IMG/VR virus record: IMGVR_UViG_3300006226_000001
Location: 1-56,916 of that record
Reading direction: 5' to 3' (one strand)
Length of the DNA: 56,916 nucleotides
DNA from: a virus
The translations under genes were made by a program, and so were the position numbers. The notes beneath the pieces are model-generated. The model saw only the letters and a program-made list of their open reading frames with translations, had not been told where the DNA came from and did not search any database. Positions 6,675 to 16,441 of this stretch are shown in pieces (position 1 is the first letter of the stretch; each line of letters begins with the position of its first letter).

Positions 6675-8993
6675 TCAGTCATTATAATACCCCCCCCCAA
6701 CATATTGAGGTTGCCCTGATTTTAATGTCGGGACATTATAATACCTGACACCGAATGCGTCCTTAGGTGGTGCTTTATCTAATTTTAATAGTTTGCGTAA
6801 TATGAAACCAGCCTTTTTTAATTGTGCTGTCGATGGCTCTCTTATTCCACAATCGAACAAAATATCCGTTGGTGTTTTTGGCACCAGATAATCGCTTCCC
6901 CAATCTAATTTACTACCAATTAAATCTTCAATCGAATCTCGGATTTCAAAATCGGAATTGCTTTCGTTTAATAGCTCGACTTCCACTGGTGATAACCACC
7001 AAATATATTTTTCTTTATTTATGATTGCTTTTTCATATAAATACCTGACCTCTGCCCACATCTGTTGCATATCGATGTCTGAAATATCTAATAGCTTTTC
7101 AACGGGTATACTCCAAAACCTTGTGTTCCCTGTCTGGTCATATAAAAATTCGTCTTGGTTCACATCACCACAATATACAGTGCGTCTCCAAATCGTCTCT
7201 TTTTTTCGAGCATACGGCATCCGTATAACTGTTTTATTGTTGGTCAAATATGCCTTCAACGCCGATAGATTTCTTTTTGTGGTGTTTTCTATTTCCCCTA
7301 ATTCTACAATCCAAAAACTATTTGCCTCTATCAAACTATCCTTGATTTCTGCATTTAATGTAACTCCGTTATAAAACCAATCTAAATTACCACCCATCAA
7401 ATTTCTAAAAAATGTTGATTTACCCGACTCTTGTTTACCTTGAAATACTAATACACCTCTCGTCCTGAAATCGTCTCCGTCCTCTCGCACCAACGCCGCA
7501 TAGGCACTTATTAACCACTTCTTTATCAGTGCTGTTTTTAAATATTCATTGAAACCACTTGTCGGTATTACTGCATCGATTATTTTATTTACTCTGTTAA
7601 CTCCGTCCCAACGCTTGGCATTGACCCAATACAATGGGGGGTTTTTCTTGTAACGCATTGAAATTTCGTCTAAATATCCATTTAAAACTCCCTCTGTAAT
7701 CGGTAATTTGTTCTTTTTACATCTGGACACAACGCGTGAATGGAACGACCCTAAATAGCCTTGTTCCTTGAAAATCTTGCTTTCTATCCGACAGTCAAAA
7801 TCTAATGAAATTACATTGAAAAATATTTCATATTTATAGAATTTCAACATAGCCTCAAGATTTTCAATCGTGCCTAATAACCTGAATTTCTCGTCTATAT
7901 CTGGAAACCGTTCAAGCGGAACTCTGGGAATTACATTGACATCAGTTTTCGGTGTTATTTTTTCATTTACAAAACTGATTGCACTGCCACCATCTCGAAT
8001 TAAATCGGCTACATCCCAACCCTTTTCATACAAACCCTCATCGATATCCATAACTATACCAATATAATCTAATGACAAACTCCGCATTGCATCTTTACCC
8101 GGCTCGTCATTATCCGGCCAGTATATTATTTGTCGATTTTTTAATGGCTCAAAGTTTGTCCTACCGATTCCATTGACACCACCGCACCAACTTATTGGTA
8201 TAAATGGCCACTCTGCTATATCTGAAAAGAATTTATTAAACTGCCATTTCACAGCTTCAACGCACTTGGCACCCTCAGTCACTAAAACCGTTTTATGCGG
8301 ATACTTCGTCAGATTTTCTAAATTGTAAATTGGTCTATTGTCTTTTAAATTACACTTTTCCCAACTGGTTTTCTGCGTGGAATTGTTGCGCCAGCAAGTG
8401 GCATAGCGAATTTCTTTTGGTCGGTCAGTAAATTGAAACCGATACTCGATAAACATTAACTCCCCATTCTCATTTCTATAAAAATAGGTTTTTAATTGTT
8501 TACTATTTGTTATCGGCTTTTTGTTTTCGTCTACCAGTGAAATATACTCTTCATCGATTTTATAGGCACCTAAATACGGCGGGGCATCCTCAGGCACAGG
8601 CAAGCAAATTGTTTTCCCTTGCTCAACAAGATTATCAAATGTAGTATTAAAATTCTTTTTCTTGCTCTGTGCCTTGACTGACGAAATCGATGCAACTGGA
8701 ATTTGAATTCCTGACTCTGATTTTAATATCTTGTATGCCTCGCCCTGTTGATTGTTGCAGAACAAATATGCGTATAGGGAAATCAAATCAGTTCCAGTAT
8801 CCTGGGTAGCATAATCCTTCCACGACCCGCTTTGCATATCGACCTTGAAACTGCCTAAATGACTGTCGGCTCTTGTTTTATTTATTGCTACCCAGTGACG
8901 CCTCTCTTGTCGACCCTCTGGCAACCATGACCTGACATAATAATCAATGGCTGAAAATAATCGGTTGTTTAATTCGTCAAAATCATATGCCAT
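6675..8993 (-). CDS. Bifunctional DNA primase / replicative helicase (P4-alpha/D5-like, with a Toprim domain)
   Basis: N-terminal primase-associated motif GSFKVDMQSGSWKDYATQDTGTDLISLYAYL. Toprim-like VLVTEGAKCVEA...WPDNDEPGKDAM. Walker A GKQESGKST in the C-terminal helicase part. Confidence 0.88.
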   Translation of the reverse strand: MAYDFDELNNRLFSAIDYYVRSWLPEGRQERRHWVAINKTRADSHLGSFKVDMQSGSWKDYATQDTGTDLISLYAYLFCNNQQGEAYKILKSESGIQIPVASISSVKAQSKKKNFNTTFDNLVEQGKTICLPVPEDAPPYLGAYKIDEEYISLVDENKKPITNSKQLKTYFYRNENGELMFIEYRFQFTDRPKEIRYATCWRNNSTQKTSWEKCNLKDNRPIYNLENLTKYPHKTVLVTEGAKCVEAVKWQFNKFFSDIAEWPFIPISWCGGVNGIGRTNFEPLKNRQIIYWPDNDEPGKDAMRSLSLDYIGIVMDIDEGLYEKGWDVADLIRDGGSAISFVNEKITPKTDVNVIPRVPLERFPDIDEKFRLLGTIENLEAMLKFYKYEIFFNVISLDFDCRIESKIFKEQGYLGSFHSRVVSRCKKNKLPITEGVLNGYLDEISMRYKKNPPLYWVNAKRWDGVNRVNKIIDAVIPTSGFNEYLKTALIKKWLISAYAALVREDGDDFRTRGVLVFQGKQESGKSTFFRNLMGGNLDWFYNGVTLNAEIKDSLIEANSFWIVELGEIENTTKRNLSALKAYLTNNKTVIRMPYARKKETIWRRTVYCGDVNQDEFLYDQTGNTRFWSIPVEKLLDISDIDMQQMWAEVRYLYEKAIINKEKYIWWLSPVEVELLNESNSDFEIRDSIEDLIGSKLDWGSDYLVPKTPTDILFDCGIREPSTAQLKKAGFILRKLLKLDKAPPKDAFGVRYYNVPTLKSGQPQYVGGGYYND

Positions 8994-9219
8994 CTGTTTC
9001 CCCCACTTTTACAGACGGCTGAAGCTTTAATTCATAAATCTTGTCTCGAACCGATGCAATGTTTTTTTCTGAAACTTTATCCCACTGCCTTTTTTCCAGA
9101 TAGGATAATACAACCTGACCGATGCCGCATAGCTCCGCAAGCTCACTCTGGGACATCTCTTTTTCCGCCCGATATACCCGGGACATTAACGCTACATATT
9201 CCTTTTCTACCTCACGCAT
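8983..9219 (-). CDS. XRE/Cro-type helix-turn-helix transcriptional regulator
   Basis: HTH MSQSELAELCGIGQVVLSYLEK. First gene of the minus-strand operon, facing the divergent control region; RBS AGAGAGG. Confidence 0.8.
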   Translation of the reverse strand: MREVEKEYVALMSRVYRAEKEMSQSELAELCGIGQVVLSYLEKRQWDKVSEKNIASVRDKIYELKLQPSVKVGETDGI

Positions 9220-9303
9220 AAAAAACCTCTCTTTTTATGCGATTTTTGAAAAAATAAGGAATATTTCTAAAATCGTCTATTATTCGATAACTTATGACAC
9301 TCT

Positions 9304-9337
9304 TTTCACAATTTAAACCTTCCTTTAAATTGTGAAA
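9304..9337. promoter_or_regulatory. 14-bp perfect inverted repeat TTTCACAATTTAAA-N6-TTTAAATTGTGAAA (operator-like)
   Basis: Read directly; lies about 90 bp upstream of the XRE regulator gene. Confidence 0.6.
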
Positions 9338-9552
9338 CAGAATTGCCCTATTTCCGCTGTTCCCCAAGGGGAATTTGAGCTTTCTAACCTGCATAAACAC
9401 CTCTATTTTATATTTTATAAACCAATAAAAAAAAAGCCTCAAAAAAATCAAGCTATTTTTTTATTTTCCCGAAACTTTTTTTTTACCATAAAAAACTATA
9501 ATTAGCACACCCGAAGAACCCGTATAAATACACTACCATTACCCCCCATTGA

Positions 9553-9576
9553 CCCCCCATTGCTTTCAATGGGGGG
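9553..9576. repeat. Palindrome CCCCCCATTG-CTTT-CAATGGGGGG
   Basis: Perfect 10-bp arms, inside the divergent intergenic region upstream of the terminase genes. Confidence 0.8.
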
Positions 9577-9735
9577 AAACCCCCAAACCTACACCGGTAC
9601 TATATATATAATACTATATCCTACCATTGGTAATGGTATATATATTAATGGTATGTAAATATAGTGACAGGGATGGACAAGAGGAGCCGGAACACGGTGC
9701 GCAAATTCGTATAGTTTTAAAAAATCAAAACCATT

Positions 9736-9848
9736 GCCAATGGGTAGATGGCGCTCTGTAAACCCGCTCCAATTCTATGTTTTGAGCCATCTACCCATTC
9801 GTCTACCATTCGCCAATGGGGGGACTTTTTTGACCAATGGGTAGATGG
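9736..9848. promoter_or_regulatory. Three copies of a 14-16-bp element (direct, inverted, direct), resembling cosB R-sites or operator sites
   Basis: CCAATGGGTAGATGGC at 9736..9751 and 9833..9848. Its reverse complement GCCATCTACCCATT is at 9785..9798. About 200-300 bp upstream of the Nu1-like TerS gene. Confidence 0.55.
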
Positions 9849-10053
9849 CACTCATAATAATTCTGTTGCTTAATTATATAAATAATTTTTTTTTCTGTCG
9901 CAAAAATAGGTTCTTTCGGCGATTTGTTGGATGCGGGTCTCGGAAACTCGAACTCTCTTTGAATTATAAAAAAAAATTTTAGGGTTAATCTGGAGTTATT
10001 TTATGATTGCAATTTTTAATTGACAAAATTGGTTTATTTTCAAAATTGGAAAT

Positions 10054-10713
10054 ATGGCAAGTTTCATTTTGATAAATGAGAAATTTGACATTGTAGAGGC
10101 ATCAAAGGTCGGTTTCCTTTATTTGCTGGAAAATAATTTTAGGTGGTTTATGGAGGGTTTATTAAGAAATAATGCGATGGCAGAAGTGTTGGGGATGACG
10201 CCATCAGCGTTTGCCAAAGGTGTGAGGAGTGGCAGGTTTTCGATAGCAATGCGTGATGATAATGGAATACCTTTGTATGACCCTGTGGTTGTTGGTCAGG
10301 AATATGAGGAAACAAAGACAGCTGCTGAGATACAGAATAGGGCTCGGTTTATGCCAAAAGAAAGACAAGGAGGTCGTCCGAGTGGGACAGATAATGGTGG
10401 CAAGTCGAGAACCGAAGACCCTTTTATGCGGGCAAAACTTATGGATGCTGGTTACAGTGCCAAATTGAAAGAGCTTGATTTTAAGTTTCGTAGTGGGGAA
10501 TTGATAGAAAAGGTGCTTGTAGAGAAACAGGGGGCAGAGCTGGGTGAGATAATGAAAGGAGCGATAGAGTCTTGGCCTGCGAGATTGGCACCTGAGCTTG
10601 CTGGTATGCAGGGAAAGGATGAACACGATTTCCGATTGAAACTTGAAATTGAGTGTAATAAGTTAATAATCGACATAATGAGTCGGTGTGGAGTTCCTGT
10701 AGAAAATGGATAA
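10054..10713 (+). CDS. Terminase small subunit (Nu1-like)
   Basis: HTH-like MAEVLGMTPSAFAKGV and a Nu1-like C-terminal half (KLKELDFKFRSGELIEK). Overlaps the terL start. The true start may be an internal ATG at 10150 or 10177. Confidence 0.65.
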   Translation: MASFILINEKFDIVEASKVGFLYLLENNFRWFMEGLLRNNAMAEVLGMTPSAFAKGVRSGRFSIAMRDDNGIPLYDPVVVGQEYEETKTAAEIQNRARFMPKERQGGRPSGTDNGGKSRTEDPFMRAKLMDAGYSAKLKELDFKFRSGELIEKVLVEKQGAELGEIMKGAIESWPARLAPELAGMQGKDEHDFRLKLEIECNKLIIDIMSRCGVPVENG

Positions 10714-12634
10714 TGATGAATTGACTTGGGAAGAGAAGCCATTTTGGAAAGGGGTATTTTCAGTATTGAAGCCATTACCTTTGCTGAGTTTGGCGGAGTG
10801 GTCTGATAAGTTTCGGATATTGAGTGGTGCTGGTAGTAGTGAAAAGGGTATGTGGCGTAATGAAAGGACACCTTATTTAGTTGAACCAATGAAGGAACTT
10901 TCCCCGCAGAGTAGGACTCGTGAGGTTATATTTATGAAAGGCATCCAGATTGGAGCTACAGAAATGGGTTTGAATTGGGCATTATATACAATGCACCACC
11001 GACCTGGTCCGTTTCTATTTTTGATGCCTACAGATGGTTTAGTGTCTGGATTTTCAAAACAGCGATTTAGTCCGTCATTAGAGCAGTGCGATTTTTTGAT
11101 GGAAAAGATAGTCAAAAAGCACGGTAAGAGTTTGACAGAGATTGTTTATTCTGGGGGATATATTTCATTAAAGGGTGCGAGTAGTCCTAATGCTTTGTCG
11201 TCCAATCCGTTCAGAGATATTGTCTGCGATGAGATTGACAGGTATTTAATATCAGTAGGGGACGAGGGCGACCCAATAGGATTGATACGGAAGAGGATGT
11301 CGACATTTCCTAATGGAAAGATATTATGTATTTCTACCCCAACAATACAAGAAACTTCAAAGATAGCAGAGCTTTATGCAGACAGCGACCAGCGTGTATA
11401 TATGGTTCCGTGTCCATTTTGTAGCGGTCATGAGGGTGTTGTCGATGATGGTTATTTTGAAATTAAGTTTGAACAACTGCAATGGACAAAGGGGAAGTAT
11501 ACAGATGTGAGACTTCACTGCCCTATTTGTGGTGAGGGGATTGCAGAGTATCATAAAACAGATATGCTGGCAAATGGTAAGTGGGTGGCGCAAAATCCAG
11601 GGCATATAAGGGCAGGGTTTCACTTGTCGACACTATATTCACCGATTGGTTGGTATAGCTGGGAACGAGCAGCAAGAGAATTTGATGAGGCTGGTAATAA
11701 TGTAGAGAAGCGACAGGTGTTTATCAATACGATTTTGGGTTTACCTTTTGAAGCTGAGGGTGAGGGCATTGCTGATGAGTATTTACAGAGGCGAGCTGTT
11801 TTCTATCCTGCGGAGGTGCCAAATGAAGTTTTAATGTTGACGATGGCAGTGGATGTTCAAAAGAATAGATTGGAGATAGAAGTAGCAGGTTGGGCTCGTG
11901 GAGAGAAGCGGTGGGGGATAATGTATAAGAGGCTTGAGGGTCCGACATATAATATTCAAGGTGTGGAGTATGGTTTCCCCCAGATATGGAGAGAGCTTGA
12001 CGAATTTCGGATGCGACGGTTTACCAGAGAGGATGGAAGCTTGATGAGTATAGCCTGCTGTTTTATTGACAGCGGTGGTAGTGAAACCACCACCGACACT
12101 GTATATGCGTATTGCAAGGCAAGGGAAAGGCAGAGGGTATTTTGTTTGAAAGGCAGTAACCAACAGAAGGACCCGATATATACAAGACCGAAGTCAAGAA
12201 ACCATCAAGGAGTTTATTTATTTAGGGTGGGGACATTTGAAGCAAAGCGTTTGATTTATAGTAGGTTGAAAATAGAAAATCAAGAGGAAGAGGGATATTA
12301 TACATTTCCTTTGAACGATGAGGCAGGCTACGATGCAGTTGCTTATGCTTCTCTGATATCAGAAAAGCTGAGGAGTAAATATATAAATGGATATAAGAAA
12401 TTATTTTGGTGGAAACCACAGGATGCAAGGAACGAACTTTTGGATTTGAATGTATATAATTTAGTGGCTATAAGACATATGAACCCAGACTGGAAGATGC
12501 TTGAAACAAGATATAAAGCCGAAAAGCCAGAGTATGAAGTAATAAAAGAAGTGGTTCCACCACCGACAAAAAAGGGTTTTGATATATACAATCCAGTGGG
12601 TGGAAAGAAAAGTGGTATCAATATAGGATTTTAA
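10706..12634 (+). CDS. Terminase large subunit, GpA (lambda) family
   Basis: LSLAEWSDKFRILS...TPYLVEPMKELSP...FMKGIQIGATEMGLNW (Walker A region), CDEIDRY, zinc ribbon CPFCSGH...CPICGE. Confidence 0.93.
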   Translation: MDNDELTWEEKPFWKGVFSVLKPLPLLSLAEWSDKFRILSGAGSSEKGMWRNERTPYLVEPMKELSPQSRTREVIFMKGIQIGATEMGLNWALYTMHHRPGPFLFLMPTDGLVSGFSKQRFSPSLEQCDFLMEKIVKKHGKSLTEIVYSGGYISLKGASSPNALSSNPFRDIVCDEIDRYLISVGDEGDPIGLIRKRMSTFPNGKILCISTPTIQETSKIAELYADSDQRVYMVPCPFCSGHEGVVDDGYFEIKFEQLQWTKGKYTDVRLHCPICGEGIAEYHKTDMLANGKWVAQNPGHIRAGFHLSTLYSPIGWYSWERAAREFDEAGNNVEKRQVFINTILGLPFEAEGEGIADEYLQRRAVFYPAEVPNEVLMLTMAVDVQKNRLEIEVAGWARGEKRWGIMYKRLEGPTYNIQGVEYGFPQIWRELDEFRMRRFTREDGSLMSIACCFIDSGGSETTTDTVYAYCKARERQRVFCLKGSNQQKDPIYTRPKSRNHQGVYLFRVGTFEAKRLIYSRLKIENQEEEGYYTFPLNDEAGYDAVAYASLISEKLRSKYINGYKKLFWWKPQDARNELLDLNVYNLVAIRHMNPDWKMLETRYKAEKPEYEVIKEVVPPPTKKGFDIYNPVGGKKSGINIGF

Positions 12635-12818
12635 TAAGTTAGGAAATATTTATTAGTTTTGAAAAAAAATAATTTATCTTTGTAATTGAATAATAAATAA
12701 TGGTGTTATGTTTCATGTGAAACAAATTTGAGAAAAAAAACAAAAATAATATCAAATTTGTATTGACAAAAAACATAGGGTGTTTTTTTTTTGAATTGTG
12801 GGTCGCCGGGAGTCAATT

Positions 12819-13037
12819 ATGGTAAAGACGAAGATTGAATTGGCAATCGAACGGCGTGAATTATATTTACAGGCTGAGAGAGCCATTTTGACAGGGGCGC
12901 AATCATACAATATCGGTGGTCAGAGTTTGACCAGAGCGGACTTGGATAAAATACGAGCAGGGATAGCTGAGTGCGATTTAATAATCGATGGTGGCGGTAG
13001 GCGTCGCTTTACAAGGCTAATTCCAACGGACTGTTAA
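12819..13037 (+). CDS. Head-tail joining protein, gpW family
   Basis: 72 aa lying between terL and the portal, as in lambda. Start ATG 12819 with RBS GGGAG. Pattern LAIERRELYLQAERAILTGAQSYNIGGQSLTRADLDKI resembles gpW. Confidence 0.6.
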   Translation: MVKTKIELAIERRELYLQAERAILTGAQSYNIGGQSLTRADLDKIRAGIAECDLIIDGGGRRRFTRLIPTDC

Positions 13038-13038
13038 A

Positions 13039-14646
13039 ATGGGAAATATCTTAAAGTCTGTTTTATCAAAAATACAAAGCAAGGGTAGTGGTGTCTTTAA
13101 AAAACTATACAATCTGCCCTTTGTTGGTGCGAGTAATAAAAAATCATTATCCGAATGGAATGCCTCTTCAGGTGATGCAAATGCGACAGAGTTACCCTCA
13201 TTACAAATTTTAAGGGACCGAAGTCGAGATTTAGAAAGGAATGCACCAGCGGCTACAGGTGCAATAAATACTCTTGTAAATGGTGTCATCGGTTCAGGCA
13301 TAAAATTTCAACCATCAATTGACCGTGAGGTTTTAAAAATTTCCGAAGAGCAGGCTTTGGAGTGGGAGGCTAAGGCTTATCAGGAGTTTCGTCTTTGGTC
13401 TGAAAATAATAATTGTGATTATTACAGGCAACTAAATTTCTTTGGCTTGCAGAGATTGGCATTTAGCAGTATGATGACAAGTGGGGATGTGTTTGTTTTA
13501 TTGCCTCACCGACCCAGAGCGGGTATGCCATATGATATGCGTGTGCAGTTGATAGAGGCAGATAGAATTGTAAATGATAGAGATTTATCTGATAGTGATA
13601 AAATAGCAGGCGGTATTAAATACGGAGCGGATGGTGTAAGAGAGTCAATATTTATCAGAACACCACATCCGGGGTCAATGCTTTTTGGAGTTACCGAGCT
13701 GGTTTCGAAGTGGCAAGAGGTCAAATTTTATGGAGAGCGTTCAGGCAAGCGTAATGTATTACATTTAATAGATATAAAAAGAATAGGTCAATCAAGGGGA
13801 ATACCAATATTAACACCAGTAATCGATACATTGAAACAAATAAGTAAATACACAGAGGCGGAATTAACAGCTGCTGTAATCAATGCACTTTTGACAATAG
13901 CAGTTACAAGAAAGCCTCCCGACTCCCTTGCAGGTGTGATGGCAGGTGGGGGATATAGAGTTGACGAGCAAGGCAACCCAGTCGATGCAAATGGAAATCC
14001 AACGACATGGCCCTGGGAAAGAGCTGACAATTGGAAAATTGGAACTGGTGAGTGGGTAGATTTAGCACCATATGAGGATTTGCAGGTGATAAACTCTGCG
14101 AGACCCAGTAATCAGTTTGACCCTTTCTTTTTAGCAAATATCAAACAAATAGGAATGGCTCTGGGGATACCGTTTGAAGTTTTGATTAAGCATTTCAGTA
14201 GTAGCTACAGTGCGAGCCGAGCCGCTATGCTGGATGCGAGACGGACATTTATGACGATGTTGGAATTGTTTAATGAGCAGTTCAATCAACCAATCTATGA
14301 GGAATTTTTGACAGAGGCAATATTGAAAGGTCGACTGCACGCAAGAGGATATTTTACAAGTCCGTCTATACGACACGCCTATTCTGGTTGTTATTTCGTT
14401 CCCCCCCCAATCGGTAGCATTGATGAGACAAAAGAAGTCAAAGCTGCCCACGAAAGAGTGTTGGGTGGATATTCAACCTGGGATTATGAAACTACAAGAT
14501 TGAACGGAATGAGCTACAAAGATGTATTACGAATTCAGGCTCAGGAGCGGAAACAAGCCAAGTTTTATGGAATAGATTTTACAAAGTCAAGAGTAGAGAG
14601 TAGAGGTAATGAGGAGGGCAATAATGAGCAACAAAATCCCGAATAG
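13039..14646 (+). CDS. Portal protein, lambda (gpB) family
   Basis: SRDLERNAPAATGAINTLVNGVIGSGIKFQP motif; size 535 aa; synteny terL-W-portal-protease. Confidence 0.9.
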   Translation: MGNILKSVLSKIQSKGSGVFKKLYNLPFVGASNKKSLSEWNASSGDANATELPSLQILRDRSRDLERNAPAATGAINTLVNGVIGSGIKFQPSIDREVLKISEEQALEWEAKAYQEFRLWSENNNCDYYRQLNFFGLQRLAFSSMMTSGDVFVLLPHRPRAGMPYDMRVQLIEADRIVNDRDLSDSDKIAGGIKYGADGVRESIFIRTPHPGSMLFGVTELVSKWQEVKFYGERSGKRNVLHLIDIKRIGQSRGIPILTPVIDTLKQISKYTEAELTAAVINALLTIAVTRKPPDSLAGVMAGGGYRVDEQGNPVDANGNPTTWPWERADNWKIGTGEWVDLAPYEDLQVINSARPSNQFDPFFLANIKQIGMALGIPFEVLIKHFSSSYSASRAAMLDARRTFMTMLELFNEQFNQPIYEEFLTEAILKGRLHARGYFTSPSIRHAYSGCYFVPPPIGSIDETKEVKAAHERVLGGYSTWDYETTRLNGMSYKDVLRIQAQERKQAKFYGIDFTKSRVESRGNEEGNNEQQNPE

Positions 14647-16003
14647 CATATTACAAGCGATACACACAAAACGATGGGGAATAACACCAGAATATTTGGA
14701 TGTGATAATTGGTGTGGCATCGAGAGAATTAAAGGACATCGAAGCTGTTTTGAGTAGTCCAGCTGTAAAAAAGGGGAGCGGTTTATTATCAACAAGAAGT
14801 GGTGTAGGCATAATAAATATCGGTGGTGTAATTGCCCCTTATATGAACATAATGACAGAAATATCAGGGGGGACTACAATTGAACAGCTTGGCTTGAATT
14901 TTGGTGAGGCTCTAAGGTCGAAGGAAATCAAGGCAATAGTATTAAATATCGATTCGCCTGGTGGTGATATCTGCGGTATACACGAGTTTTCAAATATGGT
15001 ATATGAGGCAAGGGGACAGAAGCCAATTGTAGCTTATGTGGGAAATTTATGTGCTTCGGCAGCATACTGGATAGCCTCTGCGTGTGACTGCATAATAGCA
15101 GATAAAACAGCGACACTGGGCAGTATTGGAGTGGTGGCATCGTGGATAGATGACAGTGCGTGGATGGAAAAAGAGGGTATAAAAGAATATAAATTAGTAA
15201 GCAGTCAAACACCAAATAAACAACAAGATTTAAATTCGGATGAGGGTTTGAATAGCTTACAAGCCGAACTTGATGGTCTGGCAAATATTTTTATCGAAAG
15301 TGTAGCAACGCATAGAGAACGAGCAGCTAAATATGTTGAAAGTAATTTCGGCAAGGGTGGTGTGCTTTTGGCTGAACAGGCAATCAAAGTAGGTATGGCT
15401 GATGAGCTGGGAAGTTTAGAGTCGGTAATACAGGGATTACAAGAGGGTAAATCATTTATAAAGAAAGGAGTGATTGATATGGCAAAGGAAGAAAAACTCG
15501 TTTTGGAAGATGAAGAAAAAGACGAGGAAAAAGAAAGTAAGACAAAAGCTGAGGACGAAGAAGAGGAAAAAGATAAAGAAACCAACAAGAAAGCTGAGTC
15601 CGAAGAAGATGATGAAAAGGATAAGGAAGGCAAGAAGGCATCTACACTTGAAACCAAGATGTCTGGATTGCTTTTGAGCGATGCAGTGCTTTTTAATGCA
15701 ATCAAGGAATTGGGAGTAAAGGAAGAGCGTGAGCGTATGTTTGCTATAAACGAAATAGCAAAGGTTTATGGTGATAATGAGCTGGTGAAGAAGGCAATGT
15801 TTAACGAGCCAAAATCAGCTAAAGATTTATCGTTTGAATTGATAAAGGCAGAGCGTGTGGCATTGGAAGCGTATACAAAAGATTACCAAGAGGATATTTC
15901 AATGATTGCTGAAATCAAAAGAAGTGAGGGTGTTTTACAGACTGGCGAAGCAAAATTAAAGGCAGAAGTTGAGGATGTAAAAAAGGGATATAATAGGAAT
16001 TAA
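14624..16003 (+). CDS. Head maturation protease (S49/ClpP-like, gpC-type) with an acidic scaffold-like C-terminal half
   Basis: NIDSPGGD motif. Glu/Lys-rich segment EDEEKDEEKESKTKAEDEEEEKDKE. Start ATG 14624 after RBS GAGGAGGG. Confidence 0.85.
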   Translation: MSNKIPNSILQAIHTKRWGITPEYLDVIIGVASRELKDIEAVLSSPAVKKGSGLLSTRSGVGIINIGGVIAPYMNIMTEISGGTTIEQLGLNFGEALRSKEIKAIVLNIDSPGGDICGIHEFSNMVYEARGQKPIVAYVGNLCASAAYWIASACDCIIADKTATLGSIGVVASWIDDSAWMEKEGIKEYKLVSSQTPNKQQDLNSDEGLNSLQAELDGLANIFIESVATHRERAAKYVESNFGKGGVLLAEQAIKVGMADELGSLESVIQGLQEGKSFIKKGVIDMAKEEKLVLEDEEKDEEKESKTKAEDEEEEKDKETNKKAESEEDDEKDKEGKKASTLETKMSGLLLSDAVLFNAIKELGVKEERERMFAINEIAKVYGDNELVKKAMFNEPKSAKDLSFELIKAERVALEAYTKDYQEDISMIAEIKRSEGVLQTGEAKLKAEVEDVKKGYNRN

Positions 16004-16029
16004 GGGTTTTAAAATAGGAGGAAAATAAT

Positions 16030-16431
16030 ATGTCAAGACAATTAGGTATAAACACAATAGGCGAGCATAAATTTGACGAGATATTTGCGGGAGATTTCCC
16101 GCGTGTAAGCTGTGAAGTAATATCAACGGATGCCACAATGGACCTTGGCAAGGGTGCAATACTGCGACTAACATATCAGGGCAGTTCCAGATATAGTGGA
16201 GTAATGGCAACGATGACAGAATTAGGTTCACCAGGTAACAATGTATTTGCAGTATTGGGTGAGCCATTAGAACAAGGCGAGGTGGGAGTCGCATATTTGA
16301 CAGGTGAATTTATAGGTGATAGAATGCTGATTTCAAATGGAAGCGGTGGCTTGGCGACAAACTGGGAAACCGTTAGGCACAATTTATTTAGTCGCAGTAT
16401 CTTTTTGAGAGAAGCGGTATTACCATCATAG
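16030..16431 (+). CDS. Head decoration protein (gpD-like)
   Basis: 133 aa lying between protease and major capsid; GEVGVAYLTGEFIGDRM motif; strong RBS AGGAGG. Confidence 0.7.
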   Translation: MSRQLGINTIGEHKFDEIFAGDFPRVSCEVISTDATMDLGKGAILRLTYQGSSRYSGVMATMTELGSPGNNVFAVLGEPLEQGEVGVAYLTGEFIGDRMLISNGSGGLATNWETVRHNLFSRSIFLREAVLPS

Positions 16432-16441
16432 GAGGTTAATA

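Noticed and set aside
9212-9451. Minus-strand 79-aa ORF upstream of the XRE gene
   Set aside because: It covers the palindromic control region, has no RBS, and would run into the regulator gene. It is probably non-coding.
12635-12818. Promoter in the AT-rich gap after terL (TTGACA at 12763..12768; palindrome TGTTTCA-TG-TGAAACA at 12709..12724)
   Set aside because: No acceptable -10 element lies at the proper spacing. The region may still be regulatory, but this is not supportable from sequence alone.
15205-15705. Ser-rich 166-aa antisense ORF (and 15474..15677 on the plus strand)
   Set aside because: It is the mirror image of the Glu/Lys-rich low-complexity scaffold segment of the protease gene, a compositional artefact.
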